In this document: positions 19,031 to 29,667 of the stretch, piece after piece
Layout: each line of letters opens with the position of its first letter
Numbering within the stretch: position 1 is the stretch's first letter
Sequence record: SRR31156797_2571
DNA: 63,582 bases
Direction: 5' to 3' (one strand)
Program-made: the position numbers and the translations under genes
The notes under the pieces: model-generated
Databases searched by the model: none
The model's input: the letters and a program-made list of their open reading frames with translations, nothing else
Told to the model about the DNA's origin: nothing

Positions 19031-20791
19031 ATGACAGCTTATTTATTTTGTCATTTCACTGGCGAGCAAAAAAATGGTGAGCAAGTATACTTTAGTGTGA
19101 GCAAGGATGGATTGACTTTTACAGATTTAAATCAAGGCCATCCCGTTTTGAAAAGTGATCTTGGGGAAAAAGGAGTCAGAGATCCTTTTCTGGTTAAGGG
19201 GAAGGACACGTATTATCTCATTGCGACAGATTTGCGTATTGAAAAGGGACTTGGCTGGGCACATGCTCAAACCAATGGTAGCCGCCAGATGGTTATCTGG
19301 TCATCAACGGATCTTGTGTATTGGACAAACCCATGGACCGCAACGATTGCTCCAGAAGGTGCAGGGAATTTGTGGGCGCCAGAGGCAATTTATGACGCAG
19401 AAAAAGAGACATTTTTTGTCTATTTTGCTGCAAAGGTTAATGGAAAACATAAGATTTATTCTGTTTCTACTATGGATTTTCAGACGTTTACTGAGCCTGT
19501 GCTATTTATTGAAAAAACGATGGATGTGATCGATACAACGATTGTTTTTAGTCAGGGGTATTATTATCGTTTTACAAAAAACGAAGAAAATAGTCGCATT
19601 TTTTTAGATCGCAGTCAACAGCTGACAGGAGACTATCAGGAAGTAACTTCTGAATACCTCGCTCAATTAGAAGGGGTTGAAGGACCGCAAGTGTACCAAT
19701 TACCTGATGGCAAATGGGCGCTGATCGTAGATCACTTTAAAAAAGGCACAGGATATGGGATCGCAGTAAGTGATGATCTCACAACAGGCGTTTTCGAACC
19801 TGTTTCTGCCTTCGACTTCGGTCAATCTATCAAGCGCCATGGTGGGGTGATCACGATCACAGATGAGGAGTATCAACGACTACTGACCTATTATCAACAA
19901 AAAAACCCGGTTTTAGAGGGATTTTATGCTGACCCTGATTTGGTTTCATTTAATGGGAAATTTTACTTATATCCAACATCAGATGGTTTTACGGATTGGT
20001 CTGGGACTAGCTTTTCGGTATTTGAATCAGAAGATCTCACTCAGTGGACAAATAAAGGAACGATCCTTGATCTAGCATCCGCTCAGGTGAAGTGGACGAT
20101 CGGTGGTGCGTGGGCACCCTGTATAGCAGAAAAAGAAGGAACGTTTTATTTTTACTTTACTGGAAAAATGGCGGATGGACGCTCAGGAATCAGTGTCGCT
20201 TATGCGGATCATCCAACAGGTCCCTTTATTGCAGATGAGAAACCGCTATTGAGTCCTGATCTTATCGATGACTATGGGTTAAACATGAGTCAAGTCATTG
20301 ATCCATCTGTTTACGTAGAAGCTGGAAAGTATTATCTATTGTTTGGCAATTCTGCGGGAGGGACTGCTGCCATCGTAGCGTTGGGAGATGACATGCGGAC
20401 TGTCAAACTTGATACGCTAACAGAATATCAAGGGCTGGAAGATTTTCGAGAAGCCATTACTGTTTTGAAAAAAGATGATTTGTATCACTTTACCTGGTCG
20501 GGAGAAGATACCCGCAGTGAAGACTATCATGTGAATTATGGTACCTCATCTTCATTGTATGGACCGATTCAGTATCATTATCCTATCTTACAAAAAAATG
20601 TTGAGAAAGGCATTTTAGGAACCGGTCATCACAGCATTTTGGAACATTCTGATCGATATTATATTGCTTATCACAGCTTTGCTGTTCCACTTAGTAAGTA
20701 TCCAGAAGAAGCCCGCGGATTTCATCGACAGGTTCGCATTTCCCCATTAGATTTTGACAAAACAGGCTATATGAAGCAAGTAGTCGTATAA
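19031..20791 (+). CDS. Two-module GH43 glycoside hydrolase (arabinofuranosidase/xylosidase/galactosidase-like), no signal peptide
   Basis: Module 1 has RDPF, WAPE, IDT and EGP motifs; module 2 has ADP, WAP, IDPSV and GTGHHS motifs. Confidence 0.85.
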   Translation: MTAYLFCHFTGEQKNGEQVYFSVSKDGLTFTDLNQGHPVLKSDLGEKGVRDPFLVKGKDTYYLIATDLRIEKGLGWAHAQTNGSRQMVIWSSTDLVYWTNPWTATIAPEGAGNLWAPEAIYDAEKETFFVYFAAKVNGKHKIYSVSTMDFQTFTEPVLFIEKTMDVIDTTIVFSQGYYYRFTKNEENSRIFLDRSQQLTGDYQEVTSEYLAQLEGVEGPQVYQLPDGKWALIVDHFKKGTGYGIAVSDDLTTGVFEPVSAFDFGQSIKRHGGVITITDEEYQRLLTYYQQKNPVLEGFYADPDLVSFNGKFYLYPTSDGFTDWSGTSFSVFESEDLTQWTNKGTILDLASAQVKWTIGGAWAPCIAEKEGTFYFYFTGKMADGRSGISVAYADHPTGPFIADEKPLLSPDLIDDYGLNMSQVIDPSVYVEAGKYYLLFGNSAGGTAAIVALGDDMRTVKLDTLTEYQGLEDFREAITVLKKDDLYHFTWSGEDTRSEDYHVNYGTSSSLYGPIQYHYPILQKNVEKGILGTGHHSILEHSDRYYIAYHSFAVPLSKYPEEARGFHRQVRISPLDFDKTGYMKQVVV

Positions 20792-20792
20792 G

Positions 20793-20821
20793 AAAAAGGG
20801 TGCAGCGATGCATCCTTTTTT
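20793..20821. terminator. Bidirectional terminator between GH43 and AraC genes
   Basis: AAAAAGGGTGCA/TGCATCCTTTTT. Confidence 0.8.
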
Positions 20822-20835
20822 GTCTGCAAATTCAG

Positions 20836-21666
20836 TTAGTTTCTTTTACGAACATTAGAAGGAGCAAGATCATAATGCTTTTTAAATAGTTTACTAAAAT
20901 AAAAAGGATCATGATAGCCTACTTTTTCTGCGATTTCTTTGACGGTCAAATTGGTATGAAGCAACAGCTCATAGGCATGTTTGAGACGAATCTCGATCAA
21001 ATATTTAATCGGACTACGACCAGTGATTTTCCGAAAAACTTTTGAAAGTTGGGCAGGACTAATATAAAGCATGTCCGCTAGCATTTCCAAAGTGATGTCT
21101 TCTTGATGATGATTCTCCAAATAATAAATCGTATGGTTTACTAGCGTTTGTTTTTGTTTATCTTTTTCAGAAATTACTGACAGGCTATTGTTTGGATCGG
21201 AGGGCGTCAAACTTCTTAAAATCAAAGCTAGCATTTCGAGAATGATTCCTTTGCCCATCAAATCGTGATGAATATTATGGCTGTTAAACTCATGGGTCAG
21301 CTGCCATGCTTTTTTGAAGAACGCTTCTTGATAAATCCCCAAATTGAGCAGGGGATCTTCATTAGGGAAGGTATTAAAAGGAAGTCCTTCGATCAGAATA
21401 TTAGAAAGGCCGATATGAAGTTCATGGGATTCCATCCCTGCTGGATGGATTTCGGTATGGGGAAGGCCAGGGTTAAAAAGGAGCGTGTCACCAGTATATA
21501 GCCTTGTGCGGGTTTCATTGAATTCGTAATCAACGGTTCCTTCTAATACGATGCTGATCTCAATGAAATCATGATGGTGGTAGCCCCGAAGATTTTTCTT
21601 TTTATTCCAAAAGTCAACGACATAAATAATTTCAGGATTAAATATATTCGAATGGATGTGGTACAT
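20836..21666 (-). CDS. AraC family transcriptional regulator
   Basis: N-terminal cupin (HHHDFIE..PGLPH) and C-terminal double HTH (IAEKVGYHDPFYFSKLFKK). Confidence 0.93.
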   Translation of the reverse strand: MYHIHSNIFNPEIIYVVDFWNKKKNLRGYHHHDFIEISIVLEGTVDYEFNETRTRLYTGDTLLFNPGLPHTEIHPAGMESHELHIGLSNILIEGLPFNTFPNEDPLLNLGIYQEAFFKKAWQLTHEFNSHNIHHDLMGKGIILEMLALILRSLTPSDPNNSLSVISEKDKQKQTLVNHTIYYLENHHQEDITLEMLADMLYISPAQLSKVFRKITGRSPIKYLIEIRLKHAYELLLHTNLTVKEIAEKVGYHDPFYFSKLFKKHYDLAPSNVRKRN

Positions 21667-21784
21667 AGTTCCCTCCTATTACCTACGAAAAAGTAGGCGC
21701 TTTTTTTTCTTCATATCATATAATACATGAAAATGAATCGGATAGACTATGTTCTTCATTAAATGTTTTAGTAAAATTAAGCGA

Positions 21785-21800
21785 AAGAAAGCGATTTCTT
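21785..21800. promoter_or_regulatory. Candidate cre (CcpA) site upstream of the GH2 operon
   Basis: AAGAAAGCGATTTCTT, palindromic with central GCG, close to the cre consensus. Confidence 0.5.
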
Positions 21801-21836
21801 TATGTGAGTATTGGTAAAAGGGAGGTTAGGGGTTAA

Positions 21837-24251
21837 ATGGAAAAACGTTTTTTGAATGAATGGCGATTCTCAAAACAAGAAGAAAAAGAAGCATGGAAAA
21901 AAGATTTTGATGATTCTATTTGGAAAAAGGTAACGATTCCTCATGATTGGGGTGTCTCTTATCCCTTTGAAAAACATTTTTCAAGCGGAACAGGGTATCT
22001 ATCCGGAGGAATAGGTTGGTATCGAACCAAACAGCCGCTGCAAGAGTTGGGTGACCTTACGAATAAAGTCGTAAAAATTCATTTTGAAGGTGTTTATAAA
22101 AATGCACGGGTTTGGATCAATGGCTATCATATGGGGATTAGACCTTCAGGATATGCTTCATTTTATTATGATTTGACAGAGATTTTAACTTACAATTCGG
22201 ATGATAGCTTGCTTATTAGTGTCCGTGTCGAGCACACAGATTTGGCAGATTCAAGATGGTATAACGGAAATGGACTCACACGTCCTGTTTCTCTTGAAAT
22301 TCATGATTCTATTTATATCGACGAATACGGAACGAGTTTTTCAACGCCAAGTGTTACAGAGGGGCAAGCGGAGATCATGATCGAACATCGGCTAGTAAAT
22401 ACCTTAAAACAAGACCGTGTTGTTAGGATCGAACAAGTGTTGGAAAGTTTACAAACGGAAAAAGTGATGAACATAAGTGAGGAAATCCAACTTAACGCAG
22501 GGGAACGCCGCACGGTCACATTGAAAGCAAAAATTGAAAAGCCAGAGCTATGGTCACCTGAAGCGCCGAATCTTTATCAGCTACGAACAAAGGTGAGTTT
22601 TCAAGATGCGTCCTTAAATAGAATTGAGAGCGTATACAACGAGTATATCGGGATCAGATCCTTTCATTTTGATGCCAATGAGGGCTTTTCTTTAAATGGG
22701 CAAAAGCTGAAAATCAAAGGTGTTTGCTTGCACGAAGATGCGGGCTCTTTCGGTACAGCTGTTCCGAGCGAGGTATGGGTACGGCGTTTAATAAAGTTAA
22801 AAGAGATGGGGGCAAATGCTATACGAATGGCACACAATCCTCATTCGTTTGCTTTGTATCGTTTGTGCGACACCATGGGATTTTTAGTCTTTGATGAAGC
22901 ATTTGATGAATGGGAAAATCCTAAAAATAAATGGTGGCAAGGTCATAATGTGTATCCACCCAAGTTAGAAGGAGCAGCAGAACATTTTCCAACTTGGTAT
23001 GAAAAAGATTTGGAAAATATGATTTTACGCAATCGAAACCATCCATCAATCATTGCTTGGAGCATTGGCAATGAGATTGATTATCCCAATGATCCATATG
23101 CTAGTCCATTGTTTGCTGAAATGACAGGGAATAATGACAATAGCAAACCAGAAGCTGAGCGCATCTATAATCCACATCGACCTGATATGAGAAGGTTACG
23201 CACGATAGCCGAAAAGCTGGTCCATTTGAGCAAAACACTCGATCCGACTCGACCAGTTACCTTGGCAGCAGCTTTTCCAGAATTATCTACGAAAATTGGC
23301 TTGATCGATCACTTGGATGTCGTTGGCTATAACTACAAAGAACATCTATACGAAGAAGATCATCGCAAATTCCCAGATAAACCTTTTATTGGGAGTGAGA
23401 ACAGTCACGGGTTTAAAGAATGGCAAACGGCAAACACTCTTCCGTATATCGCTGGACAATTTTTATGGACGGGCATTGATTATTTAGGGGAAGCCCATGG
23501 CTGGCCTATTCACGGATCTGGGGCAGGCTTATTGACATTGGCTGGTATTGAAAAGCCTAGTTATTACAAGAGAAAGAGCTGGTGGAGTCAAGAACCGACT
23601 GTTTATTTGACAACGATTCCTTACGAGAAAAACAAACGAAGAGCAGAATGGGAACCCACCTATCGAAAATGGTCTTACCCAGCTGAGCAAGAAATTGAAG
23701 TAAGGTGTTATACAAATGCAAAAGAGATTCGATTGAAGATTGGCGACTTGGAAGTACCCGATGTTCGTTATGATGATACCTTTGGTTATTATGTTGCACG
23801 GATCAACTATCAGCCAAAAAACTTGTCGGTCGAAGCAGTATTTGAAGAAACGATTCTGCATGATGAAATAAAACCCGAAGCAGCGCCAACTGCTTTGGCA
23901 GCTATGAATTACGAAATTCCTCAAAGATGGCGGGAGAAATTAGCTGCTACCGATTTAACGCTAGATAAGACCCTTCATCAAATCGAATGCCAAGTCTTGG
24001 ATTATGCTGAAAATCCGATAGCAGCAGAAGTGATGGTCTATCTAGAAGTCGAAAATGGGACATTATTAGGTTTGGAGAATGGTGATCTTGCAGATACTAC
24101 CGCTTATACAGAGTCATTCCGTAGAACGATGCAAGGAAAGTTGCTTTGCTTTGTAGCAGGAGAGCGCAAGAAAGAGACAGTTGTGACGCTGCGCTCACCT
24201 GGACTACCAGATACACGATTGATTCTAGAGAATAGAGAGGGAAGTACATGA
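21837..24251 (+). CDS. GH2 beta-galactosidase-like hydrolase
   Basis: FEGVY, KGVCLH, IRMAHNP, RNHPSIIAWSIGNE, GSE and WTGIDYLGE motifs. Confidence 0.9.
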   Translation: MEKRFLNEWRFSKQEEKEAWKKDFDDSIWKKVTIPHDWGVSYPFEKHFSSGTGYLSGGIGWYRTKQPLQELGDLTNKVVKIHFEGVYKNARVWINGYHMGIRPSGYASFYYDLTEILTYNSDDSLLISVRVEHTDLADSRWYNGNGLTRPVSLEIHDSIYIDEYGTSFSTPSVTEGQAEIMIEHRLVNTLKQDRVVRIEQVLESLQTEKVMNISEEIQLNAGERRTVTLKAKIEKPELWSPEAPNLYQLRTKVSFQDASLNRIESVYNEYIGIRSFHFDANEGFSLNGQKLKIKGVCLHEDAGSFGTAVPSEVWVRRLIKLKEMGANAIRMAHNPHSFALYRLCDTMGFLVFDEAFDEWENPKNKWWQGHNVYPPKLEGAAEHFPTWYEKDLENMILRNRNHPSIIAWSIGNEIDYPNDPYASPLFAEMTGNNDNSKPEAERIYNPHRPDMRRLRTIAEKLVHLSKTLDPTRPVTLAAAFPELSTKIGLIDHLDVVGYNYKEHLYEEDHRKFPDKPFIGSENSHGFKEWQTANTLPYIAGQFLWTGIDYLGEAHGWPIHGSGAGLLTLAGIEKPSYYKRKSWWSQEPTVYLTTIPYEKNKRRAEWEPTYRKWSYPAEQEIEVRCYTNAKEIRLKIGDLEVPDVRYDDTFGYYVARINYQPKNLSVEAVFEETILHDEIKPEAAPTALAAMNYEIPQRWREKLAATDLTLDKTLHQIECQVLDYAENPIAAEVMVYLEVENGTLLGLENGDLADTTAYTESFRRTMQGKLLCFVAGERKKETVVTLRSPGLPDTRLILENREGST

Positions 24252-25735
24252 TAAAAAAGCGGACACTCCTTATTCCTTTGGTCTTATTGAGTATACTGAC
24301 AGCGTGTGGAACGGTCGAGGAAAATACACAGAAAGAAAAAGAGCCAGAGACAGATGAAGTCATTGATACGGCGATGATCACCTTAAATACGGCAGAAACC
24401 TACCAGACAATTGAAAGCTTTGGCGCAAGTGGTGCTTGGTGGAGTCAAGATGTTGGTGGCTGGATCGAAGAAGAAACAGCAGAACTTTCGAAGCGAGAAT
24501 ATATCGCAGAATTATTATTTGATCCGCTTGAAGGGATTGGCTTGACGTCTTATCGCTACAACTTAGGCGCCGGAAGTACGTTACAAAATAGTCCTCGCAT
24601 TGAAGATTCCTGGCGACGAGCAGAAAACTTTGAAGAAGGACCCGAAGTCTATGATTGGTCGAAGGATGAAAATGCACGATGGATGCTGAAAACAGCGGTT
24701 GATTATGGAATTGATGATATCTATTTATTCGTCAATAGTCCATTGACGAGGCTAACGAAAAATGGTTCTGCGTATGGTGATCAGCTGGAAGAAAAACGCA
24801 GTAATCTAGCTCCTGAGAATTATCAAGCATTTGCCAACTACGTCTATGATGTAACGGAACACTTCTTAAAAGAAGACATTCCCGTCACGCATGTGTCGCC
24901 AATCAATGAACCACAATGGGATTGGACTGGTGGTCAGGAGGGAACCTACTACGATCCAGCTGAAGTAGTCGCACTCTTAGAGGTATTTATTGAAGAAAAA
25001 CAAAAAAGACCAGAGCTGAAACAAATAGCGCTATCGATGCCTGAATTAGGAGAATGGGCAAACACCAGCAAGGAATATTTCGAAGCAATCATCGAAAATG
25101 ATACATTGATGAATTACTTTGACACGTGGGAAGTCCATTCATATTGGACAACTTACGTCGAGAAAATGAATTTTAAAGAGTGGTTAGAAGAAAAGGAAAT
25201 CGATGTTACCTTAAAAATGTCTGAGTGGACAGAAATGATCAATGGTCGCGACTACACTATGGATTCTGCCCTAAATTTAGCCAACGAGATACACGATGAT
25301 TTAACGATCCTTGATGTGGTTGCTTGGCAATATTGGATCGCAGTCAGTAGTTACGATTATCGGGATGGTCTGATCTATGTAAACTTAGGTTCAAAAGAAA
25401 TTATTCCGACAAAAAGACTTTGGGGAATGGGGAATTTCAGCAAGTTTATTCGACCAGGGTACACGAGAGTTTCCGCAATCAGCGACGACAAAGAGGTGAA
25501 TGTCGTAAGCTTTTTGGGAAAAAATGAAGCAAACGAAGAAGAACTTATTACAGTGCTTATCAATAACAGTTTTCAGGAAAAAGAGATTGATCTTCAAGGA
25601 GTCGGATTTGGTGAAATCATCAGCTATACGACAGATGGTGAATCTGATTTAGAAGAGCAGAGCATCACTTCTCAGGAACTGACAATCCCTCGGCAATCGA
25701 TCGTTACCTTGAAGAGCGTTACAACGAATGAATAA
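24248..25735 (+). CDS. GH30 lipoprotein, probable endo-beta-1,6-galactanase-like
   Basis: Lipobox LTAC; RYNLGAG, FVNSP, SPINEPQW..QEG (acid/base) and MSEW (nucleophile). Confidence 0.75.
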   Translation: MIKKRTLLIPLVLLSILTACGTVEENTQKEKEPETDEVIDTAMITLNTAETYQTIESFGASGAWWSQDVGGWIEEETAELSKREYIAELLFDPLEGIGLTSYRYNLGAGSTLQNSPRIEDSWRRAENFEEGPEVYDWSKDENARWMLKTAVDYGIDDIYLFVNSPLTRLTKNGSAYGDQLEEKRSNLAPENYQAFANYVYDVTEHFLKEDIPVTHVSPINEPQWDWTGGQEGTYYDPAEVVALLEVFIEEKQKRPELKQIALSMPELGEWANTSKEYFEAIIENDTLMNYFDTWEVHSYWTTYVEKMNFKEWLEEKEIDVTLKMSEWTEMINGRDYTMDSALNLANEIHDDLTILDVVAWQYWIAVSSYDYRDGLIYVNLGSKEIIPTKRLWGMGNFSKFIRPGYTRVSAISDDKEVNVVSFLGKNEANEEELITVLINNSFQEKEIDLQGVGFGEIISYTTDGESDLEEQSITSQELTIPRQSIVTLKSVTTNE

Positions 25736-25746
25736 GAAAAGGGGAA

Positions 25747-27039
25747 ATGGCTATGAACTTTGGGAAAATTGCTAAAACATCTTTATTGGCGTCTTCAGTA
25801 GTCTTATTTGTTGCTTGTGGGCAAGAAAACAACAATAATGATTCGGATGGAGAAATCACAACGATCCAGTTTTATACGTGGGGAGGTGAAGGTGACCTTC
25901 CCATCTATGAGCCACGCATCAAAGCCTTTGAGGAAGCGAATCCTGACATAAAAGTAGACTTCGTTCAAGTGCCAAGTGATTATGACACCAAACTGCAAAC
26001 AATGTATGCCGGAAATGAAGCACCTGACGTTGTCCAAGTGGCAGAAAATGGGCAAAACTTTGCTTCTAAGGGATTGTTTATTGATCTTTCAGAATATATT
26101 GAGGAATCATCGATTGACGTAGAAAGCAATTGGGGGGAGGCAATAACCCAATATACCTATGATGGCCAACCATTTGGTTTGCCGGATAGAGGGGGCCCGG
26201 AAATTATTTACTACAATAAAGACTTATTTGATGAAGCAGGGATCGAATACCCGACAAATGATTGGACGATTGAAGAATACACAGCTGCTGCCGAAAAATT
26301 AACAAAAATAGAAAACGGCGAAACGGTTCAGTATGGTGCTAGTGGAATGGATTGGGTGCCAAACTGGGGAGTATTTATCAAGTCCAATGGTGGTTCCCTT
26401 GTGGAAAATAATGAGGTTGTGATCAATTCTCCCGAAAACTTAGAAGTTCTTACTTGGTTTAATAATCTATACCAAGACGGTTATGTTGGCACATATGAAT
26501 TTTATGAATCTGTTGCGCAGTCTGGTGCGGATTCAATGTTCTCACAAGGTAGAATTGGTATGTTGACGACAGGATTTTGGAATATTGGCAACTTCACACA
26601 ACTGGATGATTTAAATTTTGATATTGCACCGATGCCTTTCTTCAATGAAAAAGTTACATGGCCTTTCGGAAGTGCCTTAGCGATTTCTAAGCAATCGACC
26701 AAACAAGATGCCGCCTTTCGATTCATTGAATATATGACGAGCGAAGAAGCACAAAAAATTCTTGGTGAAAGTTTAGTGGATTCTCCTGCCAATATCAAAG
26801 TATTGAACTCTGAAGAATTTACCAATAGACAAGTAAATGGGAAAGATCTTCGCTTGGACGTCGTAGGAATCTCGACAGAACGTGTTGTGATCGATGGTAT
26901 TTTCGAAGGTCCTTACTATGGAGAACTGACCGGTGAGTTCAGTAATCAAGTAAAAGAAATGCTCCTTGGCCGTTTAACACCAGAAGAAGCGCTTGAGAAA
27001 ATGCAAGAATCTGGCGAAAAAATCATGGAACAATATTAA
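25747..27039 (+). CDS. Sugar ABC transporter substrate-binding lipoprotein
   Basis: Lipobox FVAC; FEEANPDIKV, APDV, YYNKDLFDEAG. Confidence 0.92.
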   Translation: MAMNFGKIAKTSLLASSVVLFVACGQENNNNDSDGEITTIQFYTWGGEGDLPIYEPRIKAFEEANPDIKVDFVQVPSDYDTKLQTMYAGNEAPDVVQVAENGQNFASKGLFIDLSEYIEESSIDVESNWGEAITQYTYDGQPFGLPDRGGPEIIYYNKDLFDEAGIEYPTNDWTIEEYTAAAEKLTKIENGETVQYGASGMDWVPNWGVFIKSNGGSLVENNEVVINSPENLEVLTWFNNLYQDGYVGTYEFYESVAQSGADSMFSQGRIGMLTTGFWNIGNFTQLDDLNFDIAPMPFFNEKVTWPFGSALAISKQSTKQDAAFRFIEYMTSEEAQKILGESLVDSPANIKVLNSEEFTNRQVNGKDLRLDVVGISTERVVIDGIFEGPYYGELTGEFSNQVKEMLLGRLTPEEALEKMQESGEKIMEQY

Positions 27040-27054
27040 TTCAGAGAAAGGATA

Positions 27055-27086
27055 GCTTAGGGAAGAAAAAATTTTCTTCCTTAAGC
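27055..27086 (+). other. Intercistronic stem-loop after the SBP gene (mRNA stabiliser or partial terminator)
   Basis: GCTTAGGGAAGAAAA/TTTTCTTCCTTAAGC with no U tail. Confidence 0.55.
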
Positions 27087-27110
27087 ACCTTAGTTAAGGA
27101 GGGTTTCCTA

Positions 27111-28028
27111 TTGGACATTTCAGCGACACAACTTCAACTAAATCAAAAAAAGCGTAAGCGGACTCAGTCCCGCTGGTTTTTTGCCTTTGTTTCACCTTGG
27201 ATCATTGGGTTTGTTTGTTTTACCATTGGACCAATGATTTTTTCGATCATCATGAGTTTTACTGATTGGGATATGTTTTCGGAATTTAATTTTATCGGAT
27301 TTGATAACTATCTGCGTCTTTTTAAGGATGATATTTTTTTAAAAGCTTTAGCAAATACTTTTCAATATACCTTGATCAGTGTTCCAATCAATTTGTTACT
27401 TTCATTAGGTATGGCTTATTTATTGAGCTTTCATTTGAAAGGGATGCGTGTTTTTCGTACCATCTATTACTTACCTTCCATTGTACCAATCGTTGCGAGC
27501 ACGATGCTGTTTACCCGTTTGCTTTCTTCCAAAGGACTAGTCAACCAGGCACTAGCCTTATTTGGTATCGACGGACCAGTTTGGCTGTTGAGTAAGGACC
27601 ATGTGCTTTGGAGCTTCGTATTCCTTTCTCTATGGGGTGTCGGTGGAACAATGATTTTGATGTTGTCTGCTATCAATAGTGTGGGGGAAGAAATGTATGA
27701 ATCGGCACTTCTTGATGGTGCATCCAGATTCAGGATGTTTATTAGTATAACCATTCCCCAAATTTCGCCGATTTTATTTTTCAACCTGATTACCGGAGTC
27801 ATTGGCTCCCTTCAAACCTTTACTCAAGTATATATGATGACCGGTGGTGGGCCTGATTATGCCAGCGAAATGATTGTTCCGTACCTTTATCGAAATGCCT
27901 TTTCATTTTATCGGATGGGCTATGCTTCGGCAATGGCTTGGGTGTTGTTTATGATCGTGATGGTCTTATCCTTGATCGTGCTGAAGAGCTCAAGCTTATG
28001 GGTATTTTATGAAGAGGAGGTGAAGTAA
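27111..28028 (+). CDS. Carbohydrate ABC permease
   Basis: FIGFDNY, FRTIYYLPS, YESALLDGA (EAA loop); TTG start with AAGGAGG RBS. Confidence 0.92.
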   Translation: MDISATQLQLNQKKRKRTQSRWFFAFVSPWIIGFVCFTIGPMIFSIIMSFTDWDMFSEFNFIGFDNYLRLFKDDIFLKALANTFQYTLISVPINLLLSLGMAYLLSFHLKGMRVFRTIYYLPSIVPIVASTMLFTRLLSSKGLVNQALALFGIDGPVWLLSKDHVLWSFVFLSLWGVGGTMILMLSAINSVGEEMYESALLDGASRFRMFISITIPQISPILFFNLITGVIGSLQTFTQVYMMTGGGPDYASEMIVPYLYRNAFSFYRMGYASAMAWVLFMIVMVLSLIVLKSSSLWVFYEEEVK

Positions 28029-28898
28029 GTGTTAGATAAAAATCTATCCAAAGTATCTAAATTATTGATCTATCTGACCTTGATTTTGTTTGCGGGAATT
28101 TTGATCATTCCATTCGTTTATATGATTTCGATTGCACTAGCTTCGCCGGAGTCAAATATCAAAGAACAGTTCACTTTACTGCCGATGGAATTCTATTTGT
28201 CCAATTTCACCAATTTGTTTAGAGATTCCTTTTCAGGAGAGCGACCAATCTTGTTGTGGTTTTTCAACACGATGCTGATCGTCGTTCTTAGCATTGTTGG
28301 ACAAATTATTTCTTCGACACTGGTTGCTTTTGGCTTTGCCCGAATGAAGTATAAACATAAAAATAAATTGTTTCTATTGGTATTAGGAACAATGATGTTA
28401 CCAGGTCAAATCACCTTGATTCCTGTGTTTTTGATTTTTAGAAACTTAGGTCTTTATAACACTCTTTGGCCACTGATCATCCCGCAATTCTTTGGCTCTG
28501 CCTATAATATCTTTTTTACTCGCCAATTTATTACGGCGATTCCGGGAAACTTATTTGAAGCGGCAGAAATGGATGGTTTAGGACCATTTAGATCCTTTAC
28601 CAAAATAGTCTTACCTTTGATCAAACCAGCGATGGCTGCCATTGCTATTTTTACCTTTAACTTTGCTTGGAGCGACATCATGGGTCCTTTGATCTATGTA
28701 TCAGATACGAGCAAAATGACCTTAGCTTTAGGTGCACAATCTATGTCCGCCACCTCCAATCCAGCGGGTACCGTCAATATGTCGATGTTAATGGTAATGT
28801 CATTGCTGCTGACACTTCCACAGATTGTTATCTATTTCTTAGGACAAAAATATTTGTTCCAAATCAATTTGGGGATTGGCAATAGCGGGACAAAATAA
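28029..28898 (+). CDS. Carbohydrate ABC permease
   Basis: AFGFAR, EAAEMDG, IVLPLIKP. Confidence 0.92.
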   Translation: MLDKNLSKVSKLLIYLTLILFAGILIIPFVYMISIALASPESNIKEQFTLLPMEFYLSNFTNLFRDSFSGERPILLWFFNTMLIVVLSIVGQIISSTLVAFGFARMKYKHKNKLFLLVLGTMMLPGQITLIPVFLIFRNLGLYNTLWPLIIPQFFGSAYNIFFTRQFITAIPGNLFEAAEMDGLGPFRSFTKIVLPLIKPAMAAIAIFTFNFAWSDIMGPLIYVSDTSKMTLALGAQSMSATSNPAGTVNMSMLMVMSLLLTLPQIVIYFLGQKYLFQINLGIGNSGTK

Positions 28899-28962
28899 GT
28901 TGAAGAGCTTATGAAAAAACTGACGATCGCATATAGAAAAATAGAGTTACAAGGAGCGACAG

Positions 28963-29661
28963 ATGGAAAAAAATATTCGACAACCGGAGATCAATCAAAA
29001 AGATAGCTACAAACTGTTTCATCATCTATCTTATTTAAATTATATTATCTATACTTTTCTAGGGACGCTGCTGTTTTGGTTGTTCAATTTACCCCTTCTT
29101 TTTTTATTGCTAACAATGGAAATCAAACTTAGCACCTTACCATTGTTTCTCCTGTCCTTCTTGCCAGTAGCCCCAGCTTTTACAGCGTTACTCATCTATT
29201 TGAAAGAAGCAAAGGAGAAAGATGGTACCCCAAAAGTATTTTTATTGGCCTATCGCAGGAAATTTAAGCATAGTCTTCTAGGGTGGCTTCCTGTTTTAGT
29301 CGTTATTGGGTTATGTAGTGCAAATTTATTGTTACTGAGGGTCACGATCCAAATCACTGAATTGAAATGGCTAAATCTGTTTCTGCTGATCGTCGCCTTG
29401 ACGTTTGCGATCAATTATTTTTTAGTGGTCGCAACGGCACCGTCTCTTTCAATCAAGGAAGCTCTTTTGCTTAATCTCCAATTATTTATTTTGAAATCCA
29501 GCCGATATATGTTAAGTTTTATGATCATCATTAGTAGTTGGCTGCTGTTAGCCTTGGTTCCAATTTATCTGGCATTATTTGGCGTAGGGCTGATTGCCAT
29601 CTTATTATTACTGAACTTTGCGCCAGTCATGGAGTTTGCGCGAAAGCACTCGGTTCGTTGA
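28963..29661 (+). CDS. DUF624/YesL-like membrane protein
   Basis: Hydrophobic protein with PVAPAFTAL motif; typical last gene of sugar ABC operons. Confidence 0.7.
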   Translation: MEKNIRQPEINQKDSYKLFHHLSYLNYIIYTFLGTLLFWLFNLPLLFLLLTMEIKLSTLPLFLLSFLPVAPAFTALLIYLKEAKEKDGTPKVFLLAYRRKFKHSLLGWLPVLVVIGLCSANLLLLRVTIQITELKWLNLFLLIVALTFAINYFLVVATAPSLSIKEALLLNLQLFILKSSRYMLSFMIIISSWLLLALVPIYLALFGVGLIAILLLLNFAPVMEFARKHSVR

Positions 29662-29667
29662 GCAACA

